Shown here: piece by piece, positions 30,174 to 38,944 of the stretch
Numbering within the stretch: the stretch's first letter is position 1
Layout: every line of letters begins with the position of its first letter
Origin: Candidatus Bathyarchaeota archaeon
Lineage (GTDB): Archaea > Thermoproteota > Bathyarchaeia > Bathyarchaeales > Bathycorpusculaceae
Direction of reading: 5' to 3'
Length of the DNA stretch: 64,000 nucleotides
Assembly (NCBI GenBank): GCA_963782525.1
Contig: CAWAKC010000001.1
Location: 544,001 to 608,000, forward strand
Translations under genes and position numbers: made by a program
Notes under the pieces: model-generated
The model's input: the letters and a program-made list of their open reading frames with translations, nothing else
What the model was told of the DNA's origin: nothing
The model's database searches: none

Positions 30174-30512
30174 ATGAGTAGTAGCGACCGTCAACTGTTA
30201 AGCTTCGGCGTATTCCTCATCATTATAGTGGTAGGAATACTGCTGGCTGTTGCAGGAGTTATCGGCTGGGGCTTGTTTGTACCCATAGTCGCGGTGCTTT
30301 CAGGCTGCTGGATAATAGCTTTAGCTGGAATGCAAGCAGGTAAACAGCAGAAGTATGGGCGTGGAACATTCAGCACAATGGCATCTGGCGCCGGACTCAT
30401 CGCCCTCGGCGTGGCATGGTACCTGTTCAGCATTAACTGGATCTACTCGCTCATTATAATCCTGCTGGCAATTGCCGCTTTAGCGATTGCAACCGCACTA
30501 AGACGCAAATAA
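30174..30512 (+). CDS. Small 4-TM membrane protein
   Basis: Four hydrophobic helices, 12 bp after the SPFH gene, with SD gagg. Confidence 0.75.
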   Translation: MSSSDRQLLSFGVFLIIIVVGILLAVAGVIGWGLFVPIVAVLSGCWIIALAGMQAGKQQKYGRGTFSTMASGAGLIALGVAWYLFSINWIYSLIIILLAIAALAIATALRRK

Positions 30513-30585
30513 ACCGTTGAGCCTTTTTTGGCTCTAAACATTTTTCTATACCCTCGCACAGTCATGATGCAGAAGGCACGCTGGC

Positions 30586-32199
30586 ATGAGTGAAGAAACT
30601 ATCGGTCACGGCACATGGTACGACATGATGGCTAAGAAAGTCATCGAAAGAGAACAATCCCTAAACCGAGACATGAGCAGAGTCCGTACAGAGATGGGTC
30701 TTGGCGCCTCAGGTTTTCCGCACATAGGCAGTTTAGGCGACGCATCCCGCAGCTACGCCGTAACTTTAGCGCTCAAGAACCTGAACTGCAATTCTGAACT
30801 CGTTGCCTTCTGCGACGACAAAGACGGCTTACGCAAAGTTCCAGCAGGACTACCAGCAGACATGTCACAAAGCTTGGAGAAATACCTTGGGTACTCCGTC
30901 TCAAGCATCCCTGACCCGTTCGGCTGCCATGAAAGCTACGGCAAACACATGAGCTCACTACTGCTGGATGCTCTCGACAAATGTGGCATCGAATACAAGT
31001 ACTATTCAGCCCAGCAAGTCTACAAACAAGGCTTACTCCTCGATGAGATACGCACCATTCTAACCAACGCCAAAATAGTCGGCGAAATCGTCAAAGAAGA
31101 AGTAGGACAAGAAACCTACACCGAAGTTCTGCCGTTCTTCGCGGTCTGTGAAAAGTGTGGTCACCTCTACACAACCCGAGCCTACAAGTTTGACCCAAAA
31201 ACCGACAAGGTCTCCTACAAATGTGAAGGGCTTGAAATCCGAGGAAAATTAATCGCAGGTTGCGGCCACGAAGGCGAAGTGAACATAAAGAGCGGCGAAG
31301 GCAAACTTACTTGGAAGAGCGAATTTGCCGCCCGATGGAAGGCGTTGGACATTCGCTTTGAAGCTTACGGCAAAGACATTGCCGACTCCGTGCGCATAAA
31401 CGATCGCATCTGCCGCGAAGTCCTCTGCTTCGAGCCACCTTCCCATGCCAAATACGAGATGTTTCTGGATAAGGGTGGAAAGAAAATCTCCAAGTCAGCC
31501 GGCAACGTGTTCACGCCACAAGTTTGGTTCAATTATGGGTCGCCTCAATCGATGCTTTTGCTTATGCTCAAGCGGTTTGTGGGCACACGAACTTTAGATG
31601 TCTCTGATATTCCAGCATACATGAACGAAATCGACAACCTCGAAGATGTGTACTTCGGCAAAAAACAAGTCAACGAAAAAGAAGCTGCCAAACTCAAAGG
31701 CTTATACCTGTACTGCTTCGTCATGAAGCCGCCAGCTAAACCCAGCATACACGTTCCATACAACCTCATGGCATTCCTAGTCAAGATGGCACCCAAAGAA
31801 TGCATAAACGACTACGTCGCAGAGAAACTGCAGAGCTACGGTTACCTCCAGAAAAACCAAGCCCTCGACGCTGGTTTGCTAATGCGCATGGAATACGCTT
31901 TGAATTGGACACGGGATTTTGAAGAAATCAAAGAAACTGAAGTTGACCTAACTGCTGAAGAAAAGAAAGCCCTCACTGAACTCGTCACCAAACTTCAAAC
32001 AGAAGATGACCCAGACAAAATCCAAAACGCCATCTTCAACAGCGCCAAAGACAACGGCCTAAAACCAGGCGCCTTCTTCAAAGTGCTCTACCAGATATTG
32101 ATGGGAGCACCGCAGGGTCCACGCCTAGGCCCATACGTGCTTGCCATGGGCAAACAAAACGTCATCTCAGCGTTGCAGAGAGTGCTGAGCAAAAGCTAA
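30586..32199 (+). CDS. lysS: Lysyl-tRNA synthetase, class I
   Basis: SGFPHIGS (HIGH), KISKSAGN (KMSKS), FEAYGKD and QGPRLG. Confidence 0.95.
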   Translation: MSEETIGHGTWYDMMAKKVIEREQSLNRDMSRVRTEMGLGASGFPHIGSLGDASRSYAVTLALKNLNCNSELVAFCDDKDGLRKVPAGLPADMSQSLEKYLGYSVSSIPDPFGCHESYGKHMSSLLLDALDKCGIEYKYYSAQQVYKQGLLLDEIRTILTNAKIVGEIVKEEVGQETYTEVLPFFAVCEKCGHLYTTRAYKFDPKTDKVSYKCEGLEIRGKLIAGCGHEGEVNIKSGEGKLTWKSEFAARWKALDIRFEAYGKDIADSVRINDRICREVLCFEPPSHAKYEMFLDKGGKKISKSAGNVFTPQVWFNYGSPQSMLLLMLKRFVGTRTLDVSDIPAYMNEIDNLEDVYFGKKQVNEKEAAKLKGLYLYCFVMKPPAKPSIHVPYNLMAFLVKMAPKECINDYVAEKLQSYGYLQKNQALDAGLLMRMEYALNWTRDFEEIKETEVDLTAEEKKALTELVTKLQTEDDPDKIQNAIFNSAKDNGLKPGAFFKVLYQILMGAPQGPRLGPYVLAMGKQNVISALQRVLSKS

Positions 32200-32230
32200 C
32201 TTTATTAATTTTTTTTTAACATTCTTTTTT
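32200..32230 (+). terminator. Oligo-T terminator after lysS
   Basis: T-runs (ttttttttt, ttttttt) directly after the stop codon. Confidence 0.45.
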
Positions 32231-32407
32231 GATTAGCCATCGTTAAGCGATTGGCAAAGGCGCAGGCGGCACGATATCGTTTAAGACCAAAGTTGACAAA
32301 GGAACACAATTCAAACTAATTTTTCCAAAATAACAAACCACTATTTTTAAGTTTAAGCAAGGTATTTACTATTCTGCCCTTTCAATTTCTTGGGACAAAC
32401 AATAGTT

Positions 32408-32486
32408 GGGCTCGTCGTCTAGTACGGATTAGGGCACCGGCCTGCGGAGCCGGACGTCAGGGGTTCAAATCCCCTCGGGCCCGCCA
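32408..32486 (+). tRNA. tRNA-Arg(GCG), CCA encoded
   Basis: GGGCTCG...CCGGC-CTGCGGA-GCCGG...AGGGG-TTCAAAT-CCCCT-CGGGCCC-GCCA. Anticodon at 32444-32446. Confidence 0.95.
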
Positions 32487-32640
32487 CGCTCCAAACGAGT
32501 TTATCCTGCAAAACAACAACTCCTTTATTTTTTGTTTTTTATTCGAAGCAAGGCTGAAATAGTCAGCTGAAAAATGCGCTCTTGCACAAATATGTTATTC
32601 TTCTTTCGAAGACTGTTTACTTTGCAGCTTTCTAACTAAG

Positions 32641-32815
32641 AGAAGAAGACAGCAATGGTGCACAGCATTGTCTTCTTCTTTCAACTTAACTGTAGACTTA
32701 AGAGAAGAACAACAACACAGCACTGCCATCGTGTTGTTGTTCTATCGATAAAAGAAAGCAACCTCAACCTGTAAACTGAAAGAAGAAGAAGCGCAAATTT
32801 TCCAATCTTCTTCTT
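32641..32815. repeat. Three inverted repeats with related AGAAGAAGA/AGAACAACA arms and unrelated loops
   Basis: 32641-51/32669-79 (11 bp), 32706-18/32731-43 (13 bp) and 32780-89/32806-15 (10 bp). Confidence 0.75.
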
Positions 32816-32854
32816 ATTTTAAGTTGAGTCTGGACAATTTCCTATGCGATTCCT

Positions 32855-32880
32855 GGGTTCAAGTCCCATCGGACCAGCCA
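32855..32880 (+). repeat. Degenerate direct repeat of the tRNA-Arg 3' end (att-like scar)
   Basis: gggttcaagtcccatcggaccagcca versus gggttcaaatcccctcgggcccgcca (32461-32486): 22/26 identical. Confidence 0.7.
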
Positions 32881-33229
32881 TTGCTTTAACACTTAGACCT
32901 TGATTCGCGGTTGGACTGTTGCTACTAATAAAGTCGCTAACATGTTTGCACACTCACATCCACACTACTCTGCATACGTTCCATGTTGAACTGTGTGGAA
33001 CAATCCGTCTCCCCACACTCAAAATACAACAGGAAAACAACCTAAACTAAGAAAACAAACGTTTCCAAAGCCACAAGTGTGGTGTGGAATTTTAGGGCAC
33101 CACACCCACACAAAGAGAAAAAAGAACAATGGGCTAAAAAATAAACGCTCCAATGGCGTTAAGTAGGTGCCCCTAAGACTGACCGTAGACCAGCCGCTAA
33201 CAATAGAGGCAATAGCCAAAGTGCAATTA

Positions 33230-35632
33230 TTAGCTCAGCTTTGGTTGGTCTTTTGGTTTCTGTTGGCTTTGGATTTTGTTGGCTACCCAGTAGAGAAGGT
33301 TGCTTATTGCTATGGCGAATGCTGGAAGCGCTGGTAGGATGTACCAGTAGAGTTTGGTTTGGGCAAAAGTGAATACTCCAAGCACCACGGCTATCCAGAC
33401 GAGGATTAATGTGTCTGTTTTATGGCGTTTAATGACAGAATTGAAGGCACAAAGCCCAACCGCAAAGGGGAGCAGCAGCACCCAAAGCAGGTTTTCATTG
33501 GTCGCTAAATAGTTGAAGTAGAAGAGGTATCCTCCGGCGTGCCCTTCAAGAGGAGTAACGGTTCGCTGGAAACTAGAGTAAACGAAATAACAGTTCCAGA
33601 AGTCGCGGTAGGTAAAATTCATGTATACAACGTAGGGGGCAAACAAGAGCAGTGCAACACCCAAAAAAAGAGCAAGCTTCTTCGTGAACAGAAATCTGAA
33701 ACTTTTCTTTGACAGAACCAAGTAAGCTATAACGATTAGTGGAATCAGTAGCGCTTCAACTTGCTTAGTTAACAGCGCCAACCCAAAGAATAATCCACTC
33801 AAAATTGCGTTTCTATTCTTATTTTTTGTTTCATCACTCAAAAGCAAAAAGAAAACACTAGCTAATATGAAAAAGAGCATTGGACCATCAGTCATAGCGT
33901 GTGTTGCAAACGCAAAAAAAGTAACAAATGTACCCAAAACGACAACGGACAAAAACCCGACAGAAGCGTTATAGAGTTTCTTACCTAAATAGAAAACAGT
34001 CACCAAAGACAGAACACCGAACAAAACACTCCAAATCCGCGAAGCAAAATTGTTCACACCAAAGGCTTGGTAAGCAAGTGACATAAGCCACATGAGTAAA
34101 GGTGGCTTTCCAGCCCAAATCGCTGGCTCACCATACGAATAAGGAGTAAGGTAGTCTCCGCTTTTAGTCATGTGATAAGCCATTTGAGAATAAGTTTTTT
34201 CATCCGCAGCCCACAAAGGACCCGATCCCAAACTAACAAAGAACGCAACCGTAAAAGCCAAGATCGCTAAAGTGCACAGCAGGTTGATATGGGTTAAGAA
34301 CCATGGCTGTTTCTTGCTGGAAATGCCGATATCTTGGGGTTGCTCTTTGTTGCGCATTTTTGAGTAAGTGAACCGACCAACAATGAGGATAATTGCGATG
34401 CCTATGACACATGCCATGTCATCGAAAAGAAAGGTATGCCATGATGTAACCGTGAGGCTCGTAGATGGTATGTTAGTTAACGATTCATCAGTTGAATTGT
34501 ACAAGGTCAAAGCATACAGGTGATAGTCATGGGAACCAACGTATAGAGTATCATTAACGATAGTTGGGGATGAATCCACCATATTGCGAGTTGGATAAGC
34601 CCCTTTGATTTCTCCATTAAAAGCATTTAGACAATAAAGGTTGTAGTCCTCTGAACCCACGTACAAATTGCCGTTTGCAACGGCAGGAGACGACATAACC
34701 CAGTACCCGGTTGGCGTCTGCCAAAGTTTCTCACCGCTTGAAGCATTAAAGCAGTAGATGCTGTTATCTTCCGAGCCAATGTAAATGCACCCGTAAGCGG
34801 CGGCTGCCGAAGAAACTATGGAATTCTGTGTTTGATATTTCCAAATCTCCTGACCCGTGGAAGCGTTCAATGCAATTACGTATCCATCGTATGAACCAAT
34901 GTAGATGCAACCGTTGTAGATACAAGGCGAGCTTAGGTCACTTCCTGTATGATGACTCCAAATTTCCTGACCCGTTGACATGTTTAGGGCATAAACTAAG
35001 AAGTCATCGCAGGCAAAGTAAACCACTCCGTCTGCGATGGCGGGCGAAGATTCTACTCCCTGCTGAGTTGGAAATGTCCAAATTGAATCGCCGTTCGAGG
35101 CATTCAGGCAGAAAAGGTCATGGTCTCTTGAACCAATGTATACTCGCCCGTCCACAATGGCAGGGCATGAACGTACCACACCGCCTATTTGTGATATCCA
35201 AGCGGGTTTGCCAGTGGAAATGTTTATTGCATAAACGGAGCCATCATCGCATCCTACAATGGCAACGCCGTTATCGATGGCTGGCGAAGAATCAACTTCG
35301 TTTCCAACGGGATATTTCCAAACCAAGCTTCCGGTTGAGGCGTTTAGGCAGTAGATGTTGCAGTCTTTGCAGCCCACTACAACTAGGCCGTCTGCTACTG
35401 CTGGAGAAGACCAAACAGCAGCGTTCGTACTGTAATTCCACAACTGCTTAACCGCATTTGTTGAATCACCACCTGTCGTGTAACCGTTTCGGCTCGGGTC
35501 ATTGCGAAAAGTTGTCCATTCACCAGTGTTTCCGCCCATGACTGCTGAAAAAGAGCTGGACAAAGCCAAGATGATGGAAATGAGGATGATAAGCAGCCAT
35601 TTTTGTTTTTTCATATCCACCCTTACAAGCAT
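33230..35632 (-). CDS. PQQ-like beta-propeller fused to an ArnT/PMT-type (GT-C) glycosyltransferase
   Basis: Signal peptide, about 8 SSPA..G.VY.GS.D..Y.LNA.TG...W repeats, then DEKTY...KPPL and many TMs. Confidence 0.85.
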   Translation of the reverse strand: MLVRVDMKKQKWLLIILISIILALSSSFSAVMGGNTGEWTTFRNDPSRNGYTTGGDSTNAVKQLWNYSTNAAVWSSPAVADGLVVVGCKDCNIYCLNASTGSLVWKYPVGNEVDSSPAIDNGVAIVGCDDGSVYAINISTGKPAWISQIGGVVRSCPAIVDGRVYIGSRDHDLFCLNASNGDSIWTFPTQQGVESSPAIADGVVYFACDDFLVYALNMSTGQEIWSHHTGSDLSSPCIYNGCIYIGSYDGYVIALNASTGQEIWKYQTQNSIVSSAAAAYGCIYIGSEDNSIYCFNASSGEKLWQTPTGYWVMSSPAVANGNLYVGSEDYNLYCLNAFNGEIKGAYPTRNMVDSSPTIVNDTLYVGSHDYHLYALTLYNSTDESLTNIPSTSLTVTSWHTFLFDDMACVIGIAIILIVGRFTYSKMRNKEQPQDIGISSKKQPWFLTHINLLCTLAILAFTVAFFVSLGSGPLWAADEKTYSQMAYHMTKSGDYLTPYSYGEPAIWAGKPPLLMWLMSLAYQAFGVNNFASRIWSVLFGVLSLVTVFYLGKKLYNASVGFLSVVVLGTFVTFFAFATHAMTDGPMLFFILASVFFLLLSDETKNKNRNAILSGLFFGLALLTKQVEALLIPLIVIAYLVLSKKSFRFLFTKKLALFLGVALLLFAPYVVYMNFTYRDFWNCYFVYSSFQRTVTPLEGHAGGYLFYFNYLATNENLLWVLLLPFAVGLCAFNSVIKRHKTDTLILVWIAVVLGVFTFAQTKLYWYILPALPAFAIAISNLLYWVANKIQSQQKPKDQPKLS

Positions 35633-35713
35633 TGACCTGTAAAGATATGATATATTAAACTATTGAAAAGCGATGTGAAAAATAGAAATAGGAAAATTTT
35701 GGTGGGTCGCTTG

Positions 35714-36382
35714 TTAATCTCGGCTTGATAGCACAATGATGTAGTCTGCTGTGTCGGCGCACATGTCAGCTGCTTGCTCGATGAACTCGATTAAATCGTC
35801 GAAGATAACCATGGCTCCACAGTTTATGCTTGCACCGTACTTTACGAAGAGACTCTTGGCTTTGAGATACTCAACGTCTATTGCATGTTCGATGTCGCCT
35901 ACTTGTTTAGCTTCTTTAATGGCTTCTTGGGGGTTAGAAGAGATTTTCTCAATGGCGCTTCTAAGTGTTTGAGCCGTTTCCACCAACTTAGAAGTCATAA
36001 AAACCGTCTTCTGCGAAAGTTCCTGCGGAATCTCGACTTCACCCAGCATTTCAAGACACCTAGCCGCATCTTTAGTGTGGTCTGCCAGGGTATCTAGCCG
36101 TTTAACAAGATGTAAGAGGTCTTCGCGGTAATCAGAAACCAATGCTGCACCCTTGGATAGCTCCATGAAAGTGTCTGTTCTAAGCTGATCAACTTCTTCT
36201 TCAGCTTTGTAGAGGTTCTCGACGTATTTTTTGGTGTCTTTAAAGTTCTTCTCTGAAAAGCTCCTGGTGGCTTTTTGCAGCCAGTTAACTGTATCAAAAG
36301 CCTTCGTTATCTGTTCGTGAGCTAGTTCTAAACCTCTGGTTCTTCGGCGTTGCTCAAACCAATCGTAACTTTTTTTCTCCAT
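35714..36382 (-). CDS. DUF47 / PhoU-like phosphate transport regulator
   Basis: EEEVDQLR, REDLLHLVKRLDTLAD and IEQAADMCADTAD. Confidence 0.88.
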   Translation of the reverse strand: MEKKSYDWFEQRRRTRGLELAHEQITKAFDTVNWLQKATRSFSEKNFKDTKKYVENLYKAEEEVDQLRTDTFMELSKGAALVSDYREDLLHLVKRLDTLADHTKDAARCLEMLGEVEIPQELSQKTVFMTSKLVETAQTLRSAIEKISSNPQEAIKEAKQVGDIEHAIDVEYLKAKSLFVKYGASINCGAMVIFDDLIEFIEQAADMCADTADYIIVLSSRD

Positions 36383-36775
36383 CTACAACCGCTCCCTTTA
36401 ATAATCCACTAATTCTTTGTTGCAAATATAACCCTTCGCTTAATATGGCTTTCACTGTCCACTTTGGAATCCGTGCTTTCCTTGGCGCTCTTACTTTTTA
36501 GGTTAAGCAGGAATCAATAGCTAAAAGTCAATCTACAAGATCAGCGTTTTTAGCATTCGCATACTTTTTACCATCTATCTTTTGTTTCAACATCTTCCCC
36601 TCAAACTGCCTTGACCTTAGATGTGAATGAAGTACCATGATGGTTCAGGTTTTGGCCGTTGCTTCTTTAATTTTCGACTTTGCATGGTACAGCACGCTTG
36701 AAGATACTTGCCCTATTTTCCTATTTAGAATACTCGAAATAATCTATAGAGAGCCATTTAGTCTAAATAGACATT

Positions 36776-37693
36776 TTAGTCATCTAGAACAACTTTTGCC
36801 AACGCAACCTTGTCTTCCAAACTCTTCATAACCGTGTTAGTTACCTTCACGTTGACGCCAAGCTTTTCAATCGCAGCCTTTTTTTCAACATCCTTCGTGT
36901 CGATAACGAATTCGTCGAGAAAATCAGTGTAAAACTTCGCAACTCCAAAAGCAGAAACTTCCAAACCCAAACTTCGCAACATCTTGTCTGCAGGCCCCTT
37001 AATAGGCAAACCCGCAACAATGGGACTAACACCCACCACCCTCGCACTTGTCCGCCTCAACGCATCCCGCACACCGCTAACTGAGAGAATGGTGCCAATG
37101 CTAACAACGGGATTACTTGGACAAACAACTACCGTGTTTGCATCCAAAATAGCATCCAAAACTCCCGGCGAAGGCTTGGCAACCGCGGCACCAACAAACT
37201 CTATCCCTAAAACATCATCTTTTGCTTGTTCCCTAACAAAATACTCCTCAAAATGCATTGAGCCCTCGCGTGTCGTTACCCTGGTTTCAAACATGTCATT
37301 GGTCATTGGTAAAATCTTTACTTTGAGCCCTAAAACGTCGCAAACTTCATCGGTTATCTGTGTAAGAGTGAAGCCCTGCTTTAAACGGTGAGTTCTGTAA
37401 AGGTGGGTTGCTAAATCACGATCACCCAAACCAAACCAGGCATCTAAGCCATGTTTTTTGAGCATGTCGAGACATCGAAAAGTGTCACCCCTAATTCCCC
37501 AGCCCTTCGCTTCATCAACAATGCCTGCCAACGTGTAGGTGACTATGTCAACGTCGGGTGAAATATGTAAGCCATAAAGTTCGATGTCGTCGCCAGTGTT
37601 TACGATAACTGAGAGATCTTCTTCTTTAACCAATTTAGTTAAGCCAGTTAAGAACCTAGCTGCGCCAACTCCACCCGCTAAAGCAGCAATCAA
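36776..37693 (-). CDS. cofD: 2-phospho-L-lactate transferase (F420 biosynthesis)
   Basis: LAGGVGAARF, VNTGDD, SPDVD, GDRDLATH, HFEEYFV, PSNPVVSI and KGPA. Confidence 0.95.
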   Translation of the reverse strand: MIAALAGGVGAARFLTGLTKLVKEEDLSVIVNTGDDIELYGLHISPDVDIVTYTLAGIVDEAKGWGIRGDTFRCLDMLKKHGLDAWFGLGDRDLATHLYRTHRLKQGFTLTQITDEVCDVLGLKVKILPMTNDMFETRVTTREGSMHFEEYFVREQAKDDVLGIEFVGAAVAKPSPGVLDAILDANTVVVCPSNPVVSIGTILSVSGVRDALRRTSARVVGVSPIVAGLPIKGPADKMLRSLGLEVSAFGVAKFYTDFLDEFVIDTKDVEKKAAIEKLGVNVKVTNTVMKSLEDKVALAKVVLDD

Positions 37694-37706
37694 ACATTCT
37701 ACACCA

Positions 37707-38162
37707 TTAATGACTGTGCTTTTCTGAAACCCAATACTCCGTGGCGGAACCTTGCTTGCTGGTTATATGCTCTTTTTTAAAAACTGGAACTTCACTTTTA
37801 TACCTTTCAACCGCTTCCCGAAGCACCGGAAAAACATCTGTCCGATGAGAGCCCGCAACCGCCACATAAACCAAGTCGTCGCCCACGTTGAACTCCCCCA
37901 GTAAATGATGAATCTGTACGTTAACTATGCCATGTTTTTGGGATAAGTCATCACTTATTTTTGTGAGCGTTTCCTGAGCTTTTTCTTCGTAAGCTTCAAT
38001 TGTAAGTTTTTCAACTTTTTCATTTTCAAAAGTTTCTCCGCGAACAACACCTATGAAAAGAGCAATTGCACCGGCTTTTGAGTAGTTGGGGTCTTTTTTG
38101 ATATTGTCTATGACATCTTGAACGGTGAAAGTTCCTTTTTCATGCACACCAGCATTGGACAA
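37707..38162 (-). CDS. moaE: Molybdopterin synthase catalytic subunit
   Basis: GAIALFIGVVR, EAYEE, HRTDVF and VPVFKKE. Confidence 0.92.
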   Translation of the reverse strand: MSNAGVHEKGTFTVQDVIDNIKKDPNYSKAGAIALFIGVVRGETFENEKVEKLTIEAYEEKAQETLTKISDDLSQKHGIVNVQIHHLLGEFNVGDDLVYVAVAGSHRTDVFPVLREAVERYKSEVPVFKKEHITSKQGSATEYWVSEKHSH

Positions 38163-38255
38163 AACTTACGTTCTCCTGTTAGAAAATACTAAAGGTTCGT
38201 GTCTAAAACTGTTTACGGTTAAAAGAATAGAAATAAGAAAATAAAGAAATTATGT

Positions 38256-38894
38256 TTATGCTTCGATTGCGACTGGGGCAGGTGCCGCTTCAACTGGTGC
38301 TTCCGGTTGTTTTGCTGGAGCAGAGATGAGCTTGGATTTTCTAATGCCGACGTGACGTAATGGAGCAACAAGCTTGGCTTGATTATAGATGTCTGAGGCG
38401 ATTTTTCCAAGGACCATTTCTTGAACGAATTGGTCAAGCGTTAATGCAGCGGCTTTTTCTTTGATTGTTTTCTCCATCATGGTGCGGATGATTTTTTCCT
38501 GCGATGTCTTTATTCTTGAAAGCGTCAGAGCTGAAACTGCAATTCTAAGCTTGTAGCCGTCTTTTGTGGTTAAGTTGAATAATCCGTCAACTTTGGTTGT
38601 TCTTCTTCTAACCAAGCTGCGAAGGTAATCTCGGGAGTATTCATGACCCTTGAAGAGTGTTTTGGCGGATTTTCCCTCAATCGCATTTATCTGGAAGAAC
38701 ATTTTCAAGTAATGATGAGAAAAGTCACCTGTAATGTCATATAAGGTTGCTTCGACAACTCTGCCGATCATTTGTTGTTCTTCTTGTGCAGGTATCGAAC
38801 CTAACTCTATGTTACCAAAGAACGATGGCGCAACTACCATGTACCAGGATTTGCCTCGCCACTTATCGCGAATGTGTTTAGTTTTGGAAGACAA
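38256..38894 (-). CDS. rps3ae: 30S ribosomal protein S3Ae
   Basis: DKWRGKSWY, GRVVEATLYDITGD and DYLRSLVRRRT. Confidence 0.96.
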   Translation of the reverse strand: MSSKTKHIRDKWRGKSWYMVVAPSFFGNIELGSIPAQEEQQMIGRVVEATLYDITGDFSHHYLKMFFQINAIEGKSAKTLFKGHEYSRDYLRSLVRRRTTKVDGLFNLTTKDGYKLRIAVSALTLSRIKTSQEKIIRTMMEKTIKEKAAALTLDQFVQEMVLGKIASDIYNQAKLVAPLRHVGIRKSKLISAPAKQPEAPVEAAPAPVAIEA

Positions 38895-38944
38895 ATTTAT
38901 TTCTCCAAACGTGCCACAACATTCTCATAGAAATATTAAAAGGT

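Noticed and set aside
32598-32880. CRISPR or TIGR-type array
   Set aside because: Units are not identical direct repeats, spacing is irregular, no box C/D motifs are evident, and no cas or Nop-domain gene is in the window. Kept only as an unexplained hairpin array.
33019-33219. 66-aa ORF downstream of the propeller-GT gene
   Set aside because: It overlaps the repeat boxes, has low-complexity composition and has no clear start signals.
34828-35451. 207-aa antisense ORF and other shadow ORFs (e.g. 48383-49066, 47506-48027)
   Set aside because: They lie opposite well-supported genes and have no recognisable motifs.
36420-36775. 355-bp gap with an 8-bp inverted repeat (GTACCATG/CATGGTAC) and ~21-codon ORFs
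   Set aside because: There is no recognisable RNA fold or protein motif, so the evidence is too weak to call.
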